A stretch of 64,000 bases of DNA from an uncultured Gammaproteobacteria bacterium (GCA_964540475.1 CAZIMC010000001.1:345575-409574), one strand, 5' to 3'; positions 32,243 through 42,933 are shown, counted from the first letter of the stretch. Notes: a model not told the origin generated them from the sequence alone. Program-made: numbers and translations.

Positions 32243-35200
32243 TTGCTTTGTGTTAAACTTTGTAAAGTACGTATGATGTTTAAGCGTTTGCGACAACTAC
32301 TTTTGAGTAAAAACACCATATTGATAATTATATTAACCCTGTTGGTTATATGGGCAGGGAAGGGCATCTTTAAATATAATGTTTTCAGTACACATGACGG
32401 AAATCACCACATTGCCAGATGTTATGACGCAGTCCAAACAATAAAGGAGGGGCATTTTCCGTTAAGATGGGCGGGAAGTCTTAATTACGGTTGCGGTGTG
32501 CCTATTTATAATTTCTTTTACCCACTGCTTTACTATCTTGTTATTATTCTCGAAGCTATATCTGGTAGGATAATATTTTCACTTAAAGTTATATATTTCT
32601 TATCACTTCTTATTTCGACGATATTTTTCTACCTCTGGATGAAAGTTGAGACAGGCAGAAAAAGCGCAGCATTTGCTTCGTCTCTGCTTTACCTATTTGC
32701 CCCATACCGGTTTTCACTGATATTTGTCAGGGGGTCGCCAGAATTTTTAGCTTATGCCTTGTTCCCGGTGGTTTTGTATATTTATTCACTTTTCTTCAAG
32801 GCTGAAAATAGGCGGACAAAGTTACTATTAGCCTTCATGGCAGTCTTAAGCGGTGGGGCATTGGCAATTTCGCATAATTTTACCGTTCTTTTCCTGATGC
32901 CAATACTTCTACTATATTTAATTGTAAAAATATTAAATACAAGAGACCCGGAGTGGGCACTTGCTATTTTTAGTTTTATCAGTAGCTTCACTCTAAGTGC
33001 ATTTTTTATTCTGCCGGCAGTCGTAGAGAAAAAATTTACTAAACTAGGGTCTTTAGATATTGTCAACTATAAAGAACACTTCCCGACTTTATGGCAATTA
33101 ATTCGCTCTAAGTGGGACTACTTCTATTCTTCACCAGGCGTTGAAAATGATGGAATGTCTTTTATGCTGGGATATGCACAATGGGTAGTACTTGCCGTAT
33201 CAACGACTTTCCTTGTAGTTAGTTTTGTTAAACATAGGAGTAGACTGAAAGCATTTATTTTCAAAAACGCCAGTGTATTGGCTTCACTTACCCTATCGTT
33301 ACTAAGCGTATTTATGATGTTACCTGTGTCCGAACCCTTGTGGGAAGTTTTACCATTTATTTCTGACATTCAGTTCCCGTGGCGTTTATTGGGTATTGCA
33401 ACATTCTTTATTAGTGTGTTATTCGGTTTCCTCCTTACAAGTATAAAAAATAAAAAAGTTTACTGGCTAATCCTTGTTATTGTGTCGATTTTGGCAATTT
33501 ATGGTAATAAAAATCACATACTTCCCCAACCAGTCTCGGTTGAAGATTTATACATGTATAGCGATTTTGATAAGTTGCACTATCACAGGTATACGACTAC
33601 AACTTTGGGTGATGACATTATTGCGCCATCCGCGCCGAGTGCTTGCTATTATTCCAGCGAAAAGGTTTATTGGGAAGATAGCTCACCCCTTGATCACGAA
33701 GTGTTAAGTTCCGGCAATACTTTCGCGGATATTAAAATTAATATTAATGAACCACCAGCTGAACGAAGCGTGGTATTACACCTCTCGTATTTCCCCAATA
33801 CCTTCGATGTGAACGTAAATGGAATTAAAATCGATTACCGGGATTGTCAAGGGTTGGTGTGTTTTAACCCCGACATATTAAGAGAAGGTACTAATTTCAT
33901 ATCATGGGGTGTTAAGCAAACTCCGATACAAAATATAGGAAATGTAATCACACTAATAACATTGGTAGGGTGGTTTGTATTCGTGATAGTGTTTTACAAC
34001 AAGAACAGCAAATTCACCAGGAAAGATTTAGCTATATTTCTAACAATATTTTGCACCCTAATTGTTTTTATCTTTTTAAGATTTACTAACATACATCAAA
34101 GAATTAGTTTTGGTTGGGATCAGGAGAGAGATGCAGTGGCGGCAACCGAGATACTACGTGGAAATTTTACTTTGATTGGCCCACAAGCCTTGGGGCCTGA
34201 AGGATTTTTCTTGCCGCCATATTTTTACTACTTTCTTTCTCCGTTTTACTTTATTACCAGTGGAAATCCACTAGCGATGATACTCTTTTTGGCTGCCTAT
34301 AATCTTACTTTCTTTTCTCTAAGTTTTATTGTAATCAAAAGATTATTCGGTTTGTACCCCGCTCTGTTTTTATTGGCTTTCTGGGCAGTTAACCCAAGAA
34401 TTGTTCAAATGGATACCACCTCTTGGAATCCTCTCTTAATTCCTTTGTTTGTGATACTTTTGTTCTATTTGTATTACTCATACTATATTAAAAACAAGCT
34501 TCAGACTTTATTGTTGATAGGAATAATGTATGGAATTGGCTTGGGTATGCATATACAGTTTTTGTTATTATTTCCATTTGTTATACCCCTGGTCCAGGCG
34601 ATATTAAAAACTTCACTTAAGCCGAGGCTTAAAAGAGCAGCCTCATTGCTTTTTGGTTTTATGCTCACACTCTTGCCGCTTGTAATATTTGATATTCGAA
34701 ATAATTTTCTAAACCTGAATTTAATGTTAGGATTTTTATCTAAAAATTCTCAAAGTAGCGGATATCCGTTTCTTCAAACTTTCGACAGATTCTTTTACAG
34801 TCTTACGGGTTTATATTCGATACCTGGTCTGGGAATAATTTCCTATATACTGGGCTTGCTTTTTATTATTTTTATAAGATATAAGATTACTCAGAAAACT
34901 TTTGAAAAGAAATTTTTTGAAGGATTATCGTATGTGTGGGGGTTAACGCCTTTCTATTTTTTGATTTATCGTGGCAGTGTTTCTGAATATTACTTCAATT
35001 ATTTAATACCAGTATTTTTAGTTGCATTAGCTTTTGCAGCAGGCAGGATTTATCAATATTTGGCAATAAGAAAGATGTCGTTTTTTATGGTACTAGTAGT
35101 CCCTGTGCTTTTATTCTGGCTTTTGAGAAGTTATGGTGACTTAAAGCCCCACGCCTTAAGCCTTTTCTTTAAAGACAAAGCGATAAGTTTTTTGTCAACA

Positions 35201-35434
35201 GTGTCAGCGAAAAGCCCCGAGTTTAATGTATCCTTTGATGCTCCGCACAACGAAGATGCAGGGTTTAGATACTTATTAAGATATCACAAAGTTCCAGCTA
35301 CTGGGGATCCTCGCGATCCACTGGTTGAGATAATTATCCCACCTGATAAAAAGCCCGAGCCTTATATTTTTGGTGGAATTGGTGTATATTTACCTGATGG
35401 ATTTGCTTCTTCAGTTGGTTTAAAGGAAAATTAG
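32243..35434 (+). CDS. Large (1063 aa) GT-C-fold membrane protein, family B paralog (YfhO-like?)
   Basis: The N-terminal loop is 'FSTHDGNHHIARCYDAVQTIKEGHFPLRWAGSLNYGCGVPIYNFFYPLLYY', followed later by 'FPWRLLGIA'. These blocks are shared with the ORFs at 43836, 46237 and 47891. It has more than 20 TM helices. Confidence 0.5.
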   Translation: MLCVKLCKVRMMFKRLRQLLLSKNTILIIILTLLVIWAGKGIFKYNVFSTHDGNHHIARCYDAVQTIKEGHFPLRWAGSLNYGCGVPIYNFFYPLLYYLVIILEAISGRIIFSLKVIYFLSLLISTIFFYLWMKVETGRKSAAFASSLLYLFAPYRFSLIFVRGSPEFLAYALFPVVLYIYSLFFKAENRRTKLLLAFMAVLSGGALAISHNFTVLFLMPILLLYLIVKILNTRDPEWALAIFSFISSFTLSAFFILPAVVEKKFTKLGSLDIVNYKEHFPTLWQLIRSKWDYFYSSPGVENDGMSFMLGYAQWVVLAVSTTFLVVSFVKHRSRLKAFIFKNASVLASLTLSLLSVFMMLPVSEPLWEVLPFISDIQFPWRLLGIATFFISVLFGFLLTSIKNKKVYWLILVIVSILAIYGNKNHILPQPVSVEDLYMYSDFDKLHYHRYTTTTLGDDIIAPSAPSACYYSSEKVYWEDSSPLDHEVLSSGNTFADIKININEPPAERSVVLHLSYFPNTFDVNVNGIKIDYRDCQGLVCFNPDILREGTNFISWGVKQTPIQNIGNVITLITLVGWFVFVIVFYNKNSKFTRKDLAIFLTIFCTLIVFIFLRFTNIHQRISFGWDQERDAVAATEILRGNFTLIGPQALGPEGFFLPPYFYYFLSPFYFITSGNPLAMILFLAAYNLTFFSLSFIVIKRLFGLYPALFLLAFWAVNPRIVQMDTTSWNPLLIPLFVILLFYLYYSYYIKNKLQTLLLIGIMYGIGLGMHIQFLLLFPFVIPLVQAILKTSLKPRLKRAASLLFGFMLTLLPLVIFDIRNNFLNLNLMLGFLSKNSQSSGYPFLQTFDRFFYSLTGLYSIPGLGIISYILGLLFIIFIRYKITQKTFEKKFFEGLSYVWGLTPFYFLIYRGSVSEYYFNYLIPVFLVALAFAAGRIYQYLAIRKMSFFMVLVVPVLLFWLLRSYGDLKPHALSLFFKDKAISFLSTVSAKSPEFNVSFDAPHNEDAGFRYLLRYHKVPATGDPRDPLVEIIIPPDKKPEPYIFGGIGVYLPDGFASSVGLKEN

Positions 35435-35451
35435 TAATACACTAAACTAAA

Positions 35452-36204
35452 ATGCACATATCAATAATCGTCCCATGTTATAACGAACGTGAGAATCTAA
35501 AGCGAGGAGTATTGAATGAGGTTTATAAATTTTTGATACAAAAGAAATATGATTGGGAAGTGATAATTTCAGATGACGGGAGCACGGATGACAGCATAGA
35601 GCTTGTAAAGAGTCAGATAAAAGGTAAAAAGGGATTTAGGCTACTGGAAAATCCACATGGCGGCAAGCCACTAGCACTTCATTATGGAATTAAAAGCGCC
35701 AAGGGAAACCACATTCTTTTTACCGACATGGATCAATCAACTCCAATTAAGGAACTTGATAAGTTAATGGACGCAGTCACTTCCGGGGTTGGTGCTGTTA
35801 TTGGCTCTAGAGGGCTTGTTCGTCGTGACTTTCCAATTTATAGAAAAGCAGGCGCAATTGTTTTTGCAACAATTAGGAGAGTTCTGATTCTTCCTGAAAT
35901 AACTGATACACAGTGTGGATTTAAACTATTTGAAGCAAGGACTTTAAAAAAAGCCTTTCCTAAACTGGAGTTTTTCAAATCCAAGGAAAGAGTGGTTGGC
36001 TGGAAAGTCACCTCCTACGATGTTGAGCTTTTACACATCATTAAAAAAATGGGTCGCACTATTATTGAAGTTCCGGTAATTTGGAACGATAAAGATACCA
36101 GTAAAGGCAAAGGGGGAACACTATCAAGATATCTTCGTGAGTCTCAAGAAATGCTTATGCAGATTCTTAGAGTGAAGGTTAATGACTGGAAAGGTTTGTA
36201 TTAA
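35452..36204 (+). CDS. DPM1/GtrB-like GT2 polyprenyl-phosphate glycosyltransferase
   Basis: It has 'ISIIVPCYNERENL', 'VIISDDGSTDDS', 'FTDMDQSTP' and 'TDTQCGFKLFEARTL', with a GT-C gene directly downstream. Confidence 0.7.
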   Translation: MHISIIVPCYNERENLKRGVLNEVYKFLIQKKYDWEVIISDDGSTDDSIELVKSQIKGKKGFRLLENPHGGKPLALHYGIKSAKGNHILFTDMDQSTPIKELDKLMDAVTSGVGAVIGSRGLVRRDFPIYRKAGAIVFATIRRVLILPEITDTQCGFKLFEARTLKKAFPKLEFFKSKERVVGWKVTSYDVELLHIIKKMGRTIIEVPVIWNDKDTSKGKGGTLSRYLRESQEMLMQILRVKVNDWKGLY

Positions 36205-36210
36205 TTCAAG

Positions 36211-37713
36211 GTGTTTAAAGACAGAAAAATTTTGCTTACACTCGGGGCTATAATGTTTCTTGCCCTAGTTCTGAGGCTAATTAGTCTTACTTCGTTTCCG
36301 ATTTTTGCAGACGAGGCTATATATATTAGATGGGCTCAGGTTATGCGGGCTGAACCTGCCTTACGGTTCTTGCCGCTTTCAGACGGAAAACAACCACTTT
36401 TTATGTGGGTTATGATTCCTTTTCTTAAAATATTTAGTGATCCGCTCTTGGCAGGGCGATTATTATCTGTACTAAGTGGTGTCGGGACAGTCGCGGGGAT
36501 TTTTGTGCTTTCATTAGCGTTGTTTCAATCGAAAAAGGTAGGGATGGTGGCTTCGGTAATGTATGCAGTTTCTCCCTTCAGTGTGTTTTTTGACCGCATG
36601 GCACTGGTAGATTCACTTTTAGCGTTCTTTGCGGTTTGGACAGTTAACTTTAGCCTCATGGCAATAAAAGAAATTCGCCCTGATTACGCAATGATTGCCG
36701 GTTTTTTCCTCGGCGGAGCGCTTTTAACCAAATCACCAGCCCTATTTATTGCGTTACTGTTGCCCTCGCTTGTTTTGATTGCCAGTAAGAAAAGCAAAGT
36801 TCCACTAAGAAATTACTTAAAAATAGCGGGGCTTTTCGGTGCGACATATATAATCGGTTACGGTTTATACAACATTTTGCGCCTCGGCCCTGAGTTTCAT
36901 ATGATTTCCCTAAGGAATGCGGATTATGTGTTTCCATTAGGTCATATTATTACCAGTCCATTAAATCCATTCCTTGGAAATTTAGGGAGTGTAGCAAACT
37001 GGTACCTATATTTAGGGCCCGGGGTAGTTTTTCTTCTTTTGCCACTGTCGGTTTATCATTTATTTAGAAATAAGAAAAAAGAGTTACTTATACTTTTACT
37101 GTTTGCATTCTTACCGGTTCTGATTCAATCGGTTTATGCTAAAGTTTTTACGTCAAGGTATATTCTTTTTACAGTACCGTATGTATTTGTATTGTTGGCT
37201 GCGGGACTTAATGAGACCAAGCCTGTAATAAAGAAGATGTTTGGTGCGGCCTTGATAATATTTGTTGCGCTTTCGCTGATACATAATTTATTGATAATTG
37301 CAAACCCGCAAAGGGCACTTCTTCCTGAGAGGTCGGGATACCTTGAACGTTGGACTGCGGGGTATGGAATCCGAGAAGTTGCGGAAAGTATTAGAAAGGA
37401 ATACGAGAGTAACCTGGGACAAACTATAGTGGTAGGAACTGAAGGTTATTTCGGAACTTTGCCTGACGGCCTGCAAATATATTTGAACGACCTGCCGGAG
37501 GTGGTTGTGATTGGCGTTGGTTTAGACTTAAACGAGGTCCCAAAAAGTCTGTTGGAATCAAAAGCTTTCGGTAATAAAACATATCTGGTTATTAATAATA
37601 CACGGTTAAAAGCTAACCCAGATGAATTGAAGGCGGAATTAATAGAAAGCTACCCTAAAGCGCAGCCGAAACATGGGCAAAGGGAAGAATTACTGTTTTT
37701 TGAAGTTAAATAG
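36211..37713 (+). CDS. ArnT/PMT-like GT-C membrane glycosyltransferase
   Basis: The ORF begins at a GTG start and encodes 500 aa with about 11 TMs, an 'IFADEAIYIRWAQ' first-loop DE motif and a C-terminal soluble domain. It is the closest paralog of 59153-60712. Confidence 0.6.
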   Translation: MFKDRKILLTLGAIMFLALVLRLISLTSFPIFADEAIYIRWAQVMRAEPALRFLPLSDGKQPLFMWVMIPFLKIFSDPLLAGRLLSVLSGVGTVAGIFVLSLALFQSKKVGMVASVMYAVSPFSVFFDRMALVDSLLAFFAVWTVNFSLMAIKEIRPDYAMIAGFFLGGALLTKSPALFIALLLPSLVLIASKKSKVPLRNYLKIAGLFGATYIIGYGLYNILRLGPEFHMISLRNADYVFPLGHIITSPLNPFLGNLGSVANWYLYLGPGVVFLLLPLSVYHLFRNKKKELLILLLFAFLPVLIQSVYAKVFTSRYILFTVPYVFVLLAAGLNETKPVIKKMFGAALIIFVALSLIHNLLIIANPQRALLPERSGYLERWTAGYGIREVAESIRKEYESNLGQTIVVGTEGYFGTLPDGLQIYLNDLPEVVVIGVGLDLNEVPKSLLESKAFGNKTYLVINNTRLKANPDELKAELIESYPKAQPKHGQREELLFFEVK

Positions 37714-37766
37714 TCTTAATAGTAAACTTGCCAATCGTGAGGTCTGTTTGGGGTTTTAAATATTAA

Positions 37767-39266
37767 ATGTCAGTAATTAATCAACATCAGGACCATCTGG
37801 ATCCGACTCTTGAGATTAGCCTTGATACTGTCAAGAAACGTGCAGTTCAAGGCATAATCGCACTAACAGGCAGGACATTTATTTTAAATATTATTGCCTT
37901 TGTAGCTCAGGGATTTTTATGGGCGTATCTTAACGAGTTTCAGTTTGGGGTGTTTTGGATTGTTTCTGCGGTTGTGAACTTCATGGCGTATTTTTCGGAT
38001 ATTGGCTTGGCAGCTGCTTTGATTCAGATGAGAGAAAAACCGCAGGAGAGTGACTTAAGGACAATATTTACTGTTCAACAAACTCTGGTTTTCCTTCTTT
38101 TAATCATTCTTTTTATAGTAAGCCCGCTTCTTGCACGAACACATAACTTATCAAATGAGGGAATAATGCTTTTATATGCATTAGGGTTTTCTTTTTTCCT
38201 ATCCTCTTTAAAAAGTATCCCTTCAGTGCTACTGGAGCGCAAGCTCGAGTTTGGAAAATTCGTTATTCCACAGGTTTTGGAGACATTTGTTTACAGTATT
38301 GTTGTTGTAATTCTTGCCTGGAGGGGATTTGGTATTACAAGTTTTACCTATGCTGTAGTTATCCGAGGAATCGTTGGGATGACAGCAATTTATCTTTTAG
38401 AGCCCTGGAAGCCGGGTTTTGCTTTTTCTAAGGATGCGTTAAAAAAATTATTATCCTTTGGCATACCATATCAGCTAAACACCTTTCTGGCAGTTCTTAA
38501 AGATGATGGTATGACAATTCTTCTGGGAGGGATTTTAGGGCCTGCGGGAATTGGGATATTGGGTACTGCACAAAGGCTTGCTTCATATCCTTTACGTTTT
38601 TTTATGGATAATGTAACAAAGGTTACATTTCCGGCCTTTTCTAGAATGCAGGATTCGCCGCGAGATCTGCAAAACAGTTTAACCAGATCAATATTTTTTA
38701 TATGTTATCTTGTTTTTCCTTCGACCGTTGGTATGGTTATATTATCTCCGGTGCTTATACAGATTGTTCCAGGGTACGCTAAATGGGAGCCGGCACTGAT
38801 TCCTTTAATGCTTATTTCGATAAATACACTATTTGCGTCTGTCACGACACAGTTAACCAATGCACTAAATGCAACCGGGAGAATTAAAATTACGTTTTTC
38901 TTGATGATTGGCTGGACTGTCCTGACCTGGCTTTCTGTTCCATACTTGTCAGCAACCTTTGGGGTTAATGGTGCAGCTGCCGGATATGCATTGGTTGGGA
39001 GCTCTTCAGCATTGGCTATAATCATTGCACGAAGGTTCGTTAAATTTTCGTTACTTGCATCAGTTGTTAAGCCAGCACTTGCGACAATTGCAATGGGGGC
39101 AGCCTTGATTATTGGCAGAAACTTGCTTGCCGCAAGTTTGTCTGGTTTTTCTTTCTTAATCATTTTGGGGGCAATTACCTACGGATTATCATCATTTATT
39201 CTAATTGGAGCAAATCTGATCCACGATGTACGTCACAGTATAAAAACTATTTTTGCTAGACAGTGA
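37767..39266 (+). CDS. Wzx-like polysaccharide/oligosaccharide flippase (MOP superfamily)
   Basis: This 499-aa ORF has about 14 TMs. The Wzx/MurJ-like polysaccharide-biosynthesis-protein layout is supported by 'GIPYQLNTFLAVLKDDGMTILLGGILGPAGIGILGTAQRLASYP'. Confidence 0.6.
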   Translation: MSVINQHQDHLDPTLEISLDTVKKRAVQGIIALTGRTFILNIIAFVAQGFLWAYLNEFQFGVFWIVSAVVNFMAYFSDIGLAAALIQMREKPQESDLRTIFTVQQTLVFLLLIILFIVSPLLARTHNLSNEGIMLLYALGFSFFLSSLKSIPSVLLERKLEFGKFVIPQVLETFVYSIVVVILAWRGFGITSFTYAVVIRGIVGMTAIYLLEPWKPGFAFSKDALKKLLSFGIPYQLNTFLAVLKDDGMTILLGGILGPAGIGILGTAQRLASYPLRFFMDNVTKVTFPAFSRMQDSPRDLQNSLTRSIFFICYLVFPSTVGMVILSPVLIQIVPGYAKWEPALIPLMLISINTLFASVTTQLTNALNATGRIKITFFLMIGWTVLTWLSVPYLSATFGVNGAAAGYALVGSSSALAIIIARRFVKFSLLASVVKPALATIAMGAALIIGRNLLAASLSGFSFLIILGAITYGLSSFILIGANLIHDVRHSIKTIFARQ

Positions 39267-39312
39267 AGGTAAGTTGACCCCAAATGATATCTTTTCGTGG
39301 TAGAATTTAAGA

Positions 39313-40224
39313 GTGAGTAGCATTACAGTCTGTATAAATACATTAAACGAGGAAAAAAATCTTCCCAAAGCCATTTCTTCTATAAAAAGTATAGCAAGCG
39401 ACATAGTAGTAGTTGACATGATGAGCGATGATGAGACTGTAAAGGTGGCCAAAAAGCTTGGTGCCAAGGTATATGAATATAGAAGAATGGGGTATGTAGA
39501 GCCAGCGAGAAACTTTGCGTTGTCAAAGGCGACTGGGGATTGGGTGTTAATTCTGGATGCGGATGAGGTTATTCCGCCAGCTTTAGCCAAGAAATTCGTA
39601 GAAATTGCCAGAAAATCTACCTTTACTTACTACAGGGTTCCAAGGAAAAATATCAACTTCGGTAAGTGGATGAGACATTCGCGATGGTGGCCGGATTATA
39701 ATATCAGGTTTTTCAAAAAGGGAAGTGTTACCTGGAATGACGAAATTCACTCAATCCCGGTTACTTACGGCAAAGGCGCAGATCTACCTTCTGAAGAGCA
39801 ATTTGCCATAGTCCATTCAAATTATTCAACCGTTGAGCAGTATCTTTCCCGCATGGAGAGGTATACGACCATTCAAGCTGATGAGTTGTTAAAGAAAAAT
39901 CACAAGTTTATTTGGAAAGACTTAGTTAAAAAACCAATGGCAGAGTTTTTAAGCAGGTACTTTTTAGCGGAGGGTTACAAAGATGGTTTGCACGGACTTG
40001 CCCTTTCGGGATTACAGGCTTTTTCCGAATTTATCGTATTCTTAAAAGTCTGGCAGAAAGAGAAGTTTTTAGAACAAACTACCACTCCAGACGAAATTGA
40101 AGAACAATTTAGCGAAAGTATGAACGAAATTAAATGGTGGATATTTGAGACTCGGATTAGAAACGCCAAGCCAATATCCGCCTCAGTTAATAAACTCGCC
40201 CGCAAAATATTCTTGCGAAAATGA
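39313..40224 (+). CDS. Family 2 glycosyltransferase
   Basis: 'ITVCINTLNEEKNLPKAISSI' and 'VLILDADEVI' (DxD) indicate a soluble GT2-A fold. Confidence 0.7.
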   Translation: MSSITVCINTLNEEKNLPKAISSIKSIASDIVVVDMMSDDETVKVAKKLGAKVYEYRRMGYVEPARNFALSKATGDWVLILDADEVIPPALAKKFVEIARKSTFTYYRVPRKNINFGKWMRHSRWWPDYNIRFFKKGSVTWNDEIHSIPVTYGKGADLPSEEQFAIVHSNYSTVEQYLSRMERYTTIQADELLKKNHKFIWKDLVKKPMAEFLSRYFLAEGYKDGLHGLALSGLQAFSEFIVFLKVWQKEKFLEQTTTPDEIEEQFSESMNEIKWWIFETRIRNAKPISASVNKLARKIFLRK

Positions 40225-41138
40225 CTACGAAGATTTATGCAGTACTAGTTAACTGGAATGGAGTGTCCGACACACTGGCTTGTGTTAAATCATTGCAAAG
40301 AGCTGTTAGACGTGGATTTACACTCGATATAGTTGTAGTTGATAATGGTTCGACCGACAATTCACCTGAGACTCTTCGGAAAAATTATTCCGGGGACAAC
40401 AAGGTACACCTGATTTTAAGCAGAAAAAATAACGGATTTACTGGAGGCAACAATAAAGGTATATCATATGCTCTTAAGAGGGAGGCCGATTTTGTGCTTG
40501 TTATCAATAACGACACTGAGGTACACCAGGATCTTGTAATTAACTTATTTGAAGCCTTTAAAGATAATTCCAGTGTCGGTATTACTTCACCAAAGATCTA
40601 TTTTTCTCCCGGATTTGAATATCACAAAAAATATAAAACCTCGCACATAGGCAAAATTATTTGGTACGCCGGAGGGATTTTGGATTGGAATAATGTTTAT
40701 GGACAGAATCGCGGTGTTGATGAGGTGGATCAGGGTCAGTTTAACCAGGTAGAGGAAATTGATTTTGCAACGGGAGCTTGTATGATGATTGACAGCCGGT
40801 TGCTAAAAAAAATTGGCTACTTCAACGAAAAATATTTTGCTTATCTTGAAGATGTTGAATTTTCCTGGCGTACAAAACTGGCTGGCTGGAAGATAATATA
40901 TGTGCCGAGCGCATGCTTATGGCACAAAGTTTCCCAGTCGTCGGGAATCGGCAGTAACCTAAATGATTATTTTATAACCCGAAATAGATTGCTTTTTGGC
41001 ATGAAGTATGCAAAGTTACGCACAAGACTTGCATTAATAAGGGAAGCGATTAGATTCGTGGTAAATGGTAGAAAGTGGCAGAAAACCGCGGTTATCGATT
41101 TTATGACCGGAAACCTGGGAAAGGGGAGTTTTGAATAA
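40221..41138 (+). CDS. Family 2 glycosyltransferase (rhamnosyltransferase-like, 'VNWN' subgroup)
   Basis: 'YAVLVNWNGVSDTLACVKSL', 'VVVDNGSTDNS' and 'YLEDVEFSWR' are typical of WbbL-like GT2 rhamnosyltransferases. The dTDP-rhamnose genes are in the same window. Confidence 0.7.
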   Translation: MTTKIYAVLVNWNGVSDTLACVKSLQRAVRRGFTLDIVVVDNGSTDNSPETLRKNYSGDNKVHLILSRKNNGFTGGNNKGISYALKREADFVLVINNDTEVHQDLVINLFEAFKDNSSVGITSPKIYFSPGFEYHKKYKTSHIGKIIWYAGGILDWNNVYGQNRGVDEVDQGQFNQVEEIDFATGACMMIDSRLLKKIGYFNEKYFAYLEDVEFSWRTKLAGWKIIYVPSACLWHKVSQSSGIGSNLNDYFITRNRLLFGMKYAKLRTRLALIREAIRFVVNGRKWQKTAVIDFMTGNLGKGSFE

Positions 41139-41904
41139 TATGCGTATCTCGGCAATTGTTATTACAAAAAATGAGGAAAAAATGCTTCCGGACTGCCTTA
41201 AAAGTTTATCATGGGTTGATGAGATAGTTGTAGTTGATAGCGGTTCATCCGATAAAACAGTAAATATTGCAAAAAGGAACGGAGCCAAGGTGTTTTTAAA
41301 CAAAAGTTTTAGTTTCTCTTCTTCAAGAAATCTAGGCTTAAAGCATGCAAAAGGTGAATGGGTACTATATATAGATGCTGATGAGAGGGTAACTGAAGAA
41401 TTGAGGGGAGAGATTGTGCTGGTGATAGGAGGAACTATTAACAACTATAATGCCTATGCTATTCCCCGGAGAAATATAATTTTAGGGAAGGAGTTTAAAT
41501 TTGGCGGACAGAGGCCGGATTATGTTAAGAGATTGTTCTTAAAGGTAAACCTGGAAAACTGGGATGGAGAGCTTCACGAGGAACCAAGGTTTAAGGGGGA
41601 GCTGGGGCACCTTAAAAATTCGCTTTTACACATTAAACATGAGTCTTTTCCTGAGATGGTAGAAAAGACCAATAATTGGAGTGAAGTGGAGGCAAAACTA
41701 ATGTTCCTTGCAAAACATCCGCCAATGACTATACCCAGATTTTTCTCGGCAATTTTGCGTGAATTTTGGTTGCGGATGATCAGGCAGTTGGCATTCTTGG
41801 ATGGCGCTGAGGGAATAATGTATGCAATGTATCTGGTGTTTAGCAGGTTTATAAGTTACGCCAAACTTTGGGAACTTCAATACAAGAAAGGCATAGTAAA
41901 ATGA
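41131..41904 (+). CDS. Family 2 glycosyltransferase
   Basis: 'ISAIVITKNEEKMLPDCLKSL', 'VVVDSGSSDKT' and 'YIDADERV' are GT2 motifs. Confidence 0.7.
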   Translation: MNNMRISAIVITKNEEKMLPDCLKSLSWVDEIVVVDSGSSDKTVNIAKRNGAKVFLNKSFSFSSSRNLGLKHAKGEWVLYIDADERVTEELRGEIVLVIGGTINNYNAYAIPRRNIILGKEFKFGGQRPDYVKRLFLKVNLENWDGELHEEPRFKGELGHLKNSLLHIKHESFPEMVEKTNNWSEVEAKLMFLAKHPPMTIPRFFSAILREFWLRMIRQLAFLDGAEGIMYAMYLVFSRFISYAKLWELQYKKGIVK

Positions 41905-42932
41905 AGGCAGCCGTTTACAGTCCATATCTTGATACTCTTGGTGGCGGAGAACGCTACGTTTTAAGCTTTGCGAAAGTTCTTTCTGACAACGGTTGGTCCG
42001 TTGATTTGCAATCCTCGGATAATGTTATTACAAAGAAACTCGAAAAAAGATTTGGGCTTCACTTTAAAAACATCAAAACCGTAGAAGACATAAAAAGAGG
42101 AGACGGGTACGATTTATGTTTTTGGCTTTCCGATGGTAGTGTCCCAAATTTATTAGCCAGAAAAAACATACTTCACTTCCAGAGGCCATTTTTTAACGTA
42201 GACGGTAAAAACCTGATTAATAGAATGAAGTTTTTTAGAATAAATAGGGTGGTTGTTAATTCAGTATTCACTAAAAAATGGATAGATAAGGAGTATCCGG
42301 TTAATTCTACGATTTTGTATCCACCAGTTGATGTTTCAAAATTTAAACCTGGGAAAAAGGAGAAGCTAATAATTTGTATTGCAAGGTTTTCTCAACTTGA
42401 GCAGTCTAAAAGGCAGGATGTCTTAGTTTCTGCATTTAAAAAGCTTTACGATTTAGGGAATAAAGATTGGAAAATGGTGCTGGCTGGGGGGAGCGAGGTG
42501 GGAAGAACCAACTACGTGGACACATTGAGGCGATCCGGGAAAGGATACCCCATTAGAATAATTGAGAATCCTGATTTCAAGGTGATTAAAGACCTTTATG
42601 CGAAGGCAAAGATATTTTGGTCGGCGAGCGGGTATGGGGTTGACGAAGAGAAGAACCCACAGAAATTGGAGCATTTTGGAATTACAGTAGTTGAAGCAAT
42701 GTCAGCCGGAGTGCTTCCTGTAGTTTATAATGCCGGTGGTCATAAAGAAATTATTGAAGATAGCGTGAATGGGTTTCTTTGGAAGACTAAGGGTGAATTG
42801 ATTAAAAAAACCAGAAAGATCATCGAAGAAGATAAATTTATTAAAGATATAGTCAAAAGTGCAAAGTCGGATTCAAATATATACTCCTATGAGTCATTCG
42901 AAAAAAAGGTGCTAGAAATAATTAAACCCTGA
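41901..42932 (+). CDS. Family 4 (GT-B, group 1) glycosyltransferase
   Basis: 'EHFGITVVEAMSAGVLPVVYNAGG' matches the GT4 E-x7-E motif. It has two Rossmann-like halves. An ATGA overlap with the upstream gene puts the start at 41901 rather than the track's 41868. Confidence 0.7.
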   Translation: MKAAVYSPYLDTLGGGERYVLSFAKVLSDNGWSVDLQSSDNVITKKLEKRFGLHFKNIKTVEDIKRGDGYDLCFWLSDGSVPNLLARKNILHFQRPFFNVDGKNLINRMKFFRINRVVVNSVFTKKWIDKEYPVNSTILYPPVDVSKFKPGKKEKLIICIARFSQLEQSKRQDVLVSAFKKLYDLGNKDWKMVLAGGSEVGRTNYVDTLRRSGKGYPIRIIENPDFKVIKDLYAKAKIFWSASGYGVDEEKNPQKLEHFGITVVEAMSAGVLPVVYNAGGHKEIIEDSVNGFLWKTKGELIKKTRKIIEEDKFIKDIVKSAKSDSNIYSYESFEKKVLEIIKP

Positions 42933-42933
42933 T

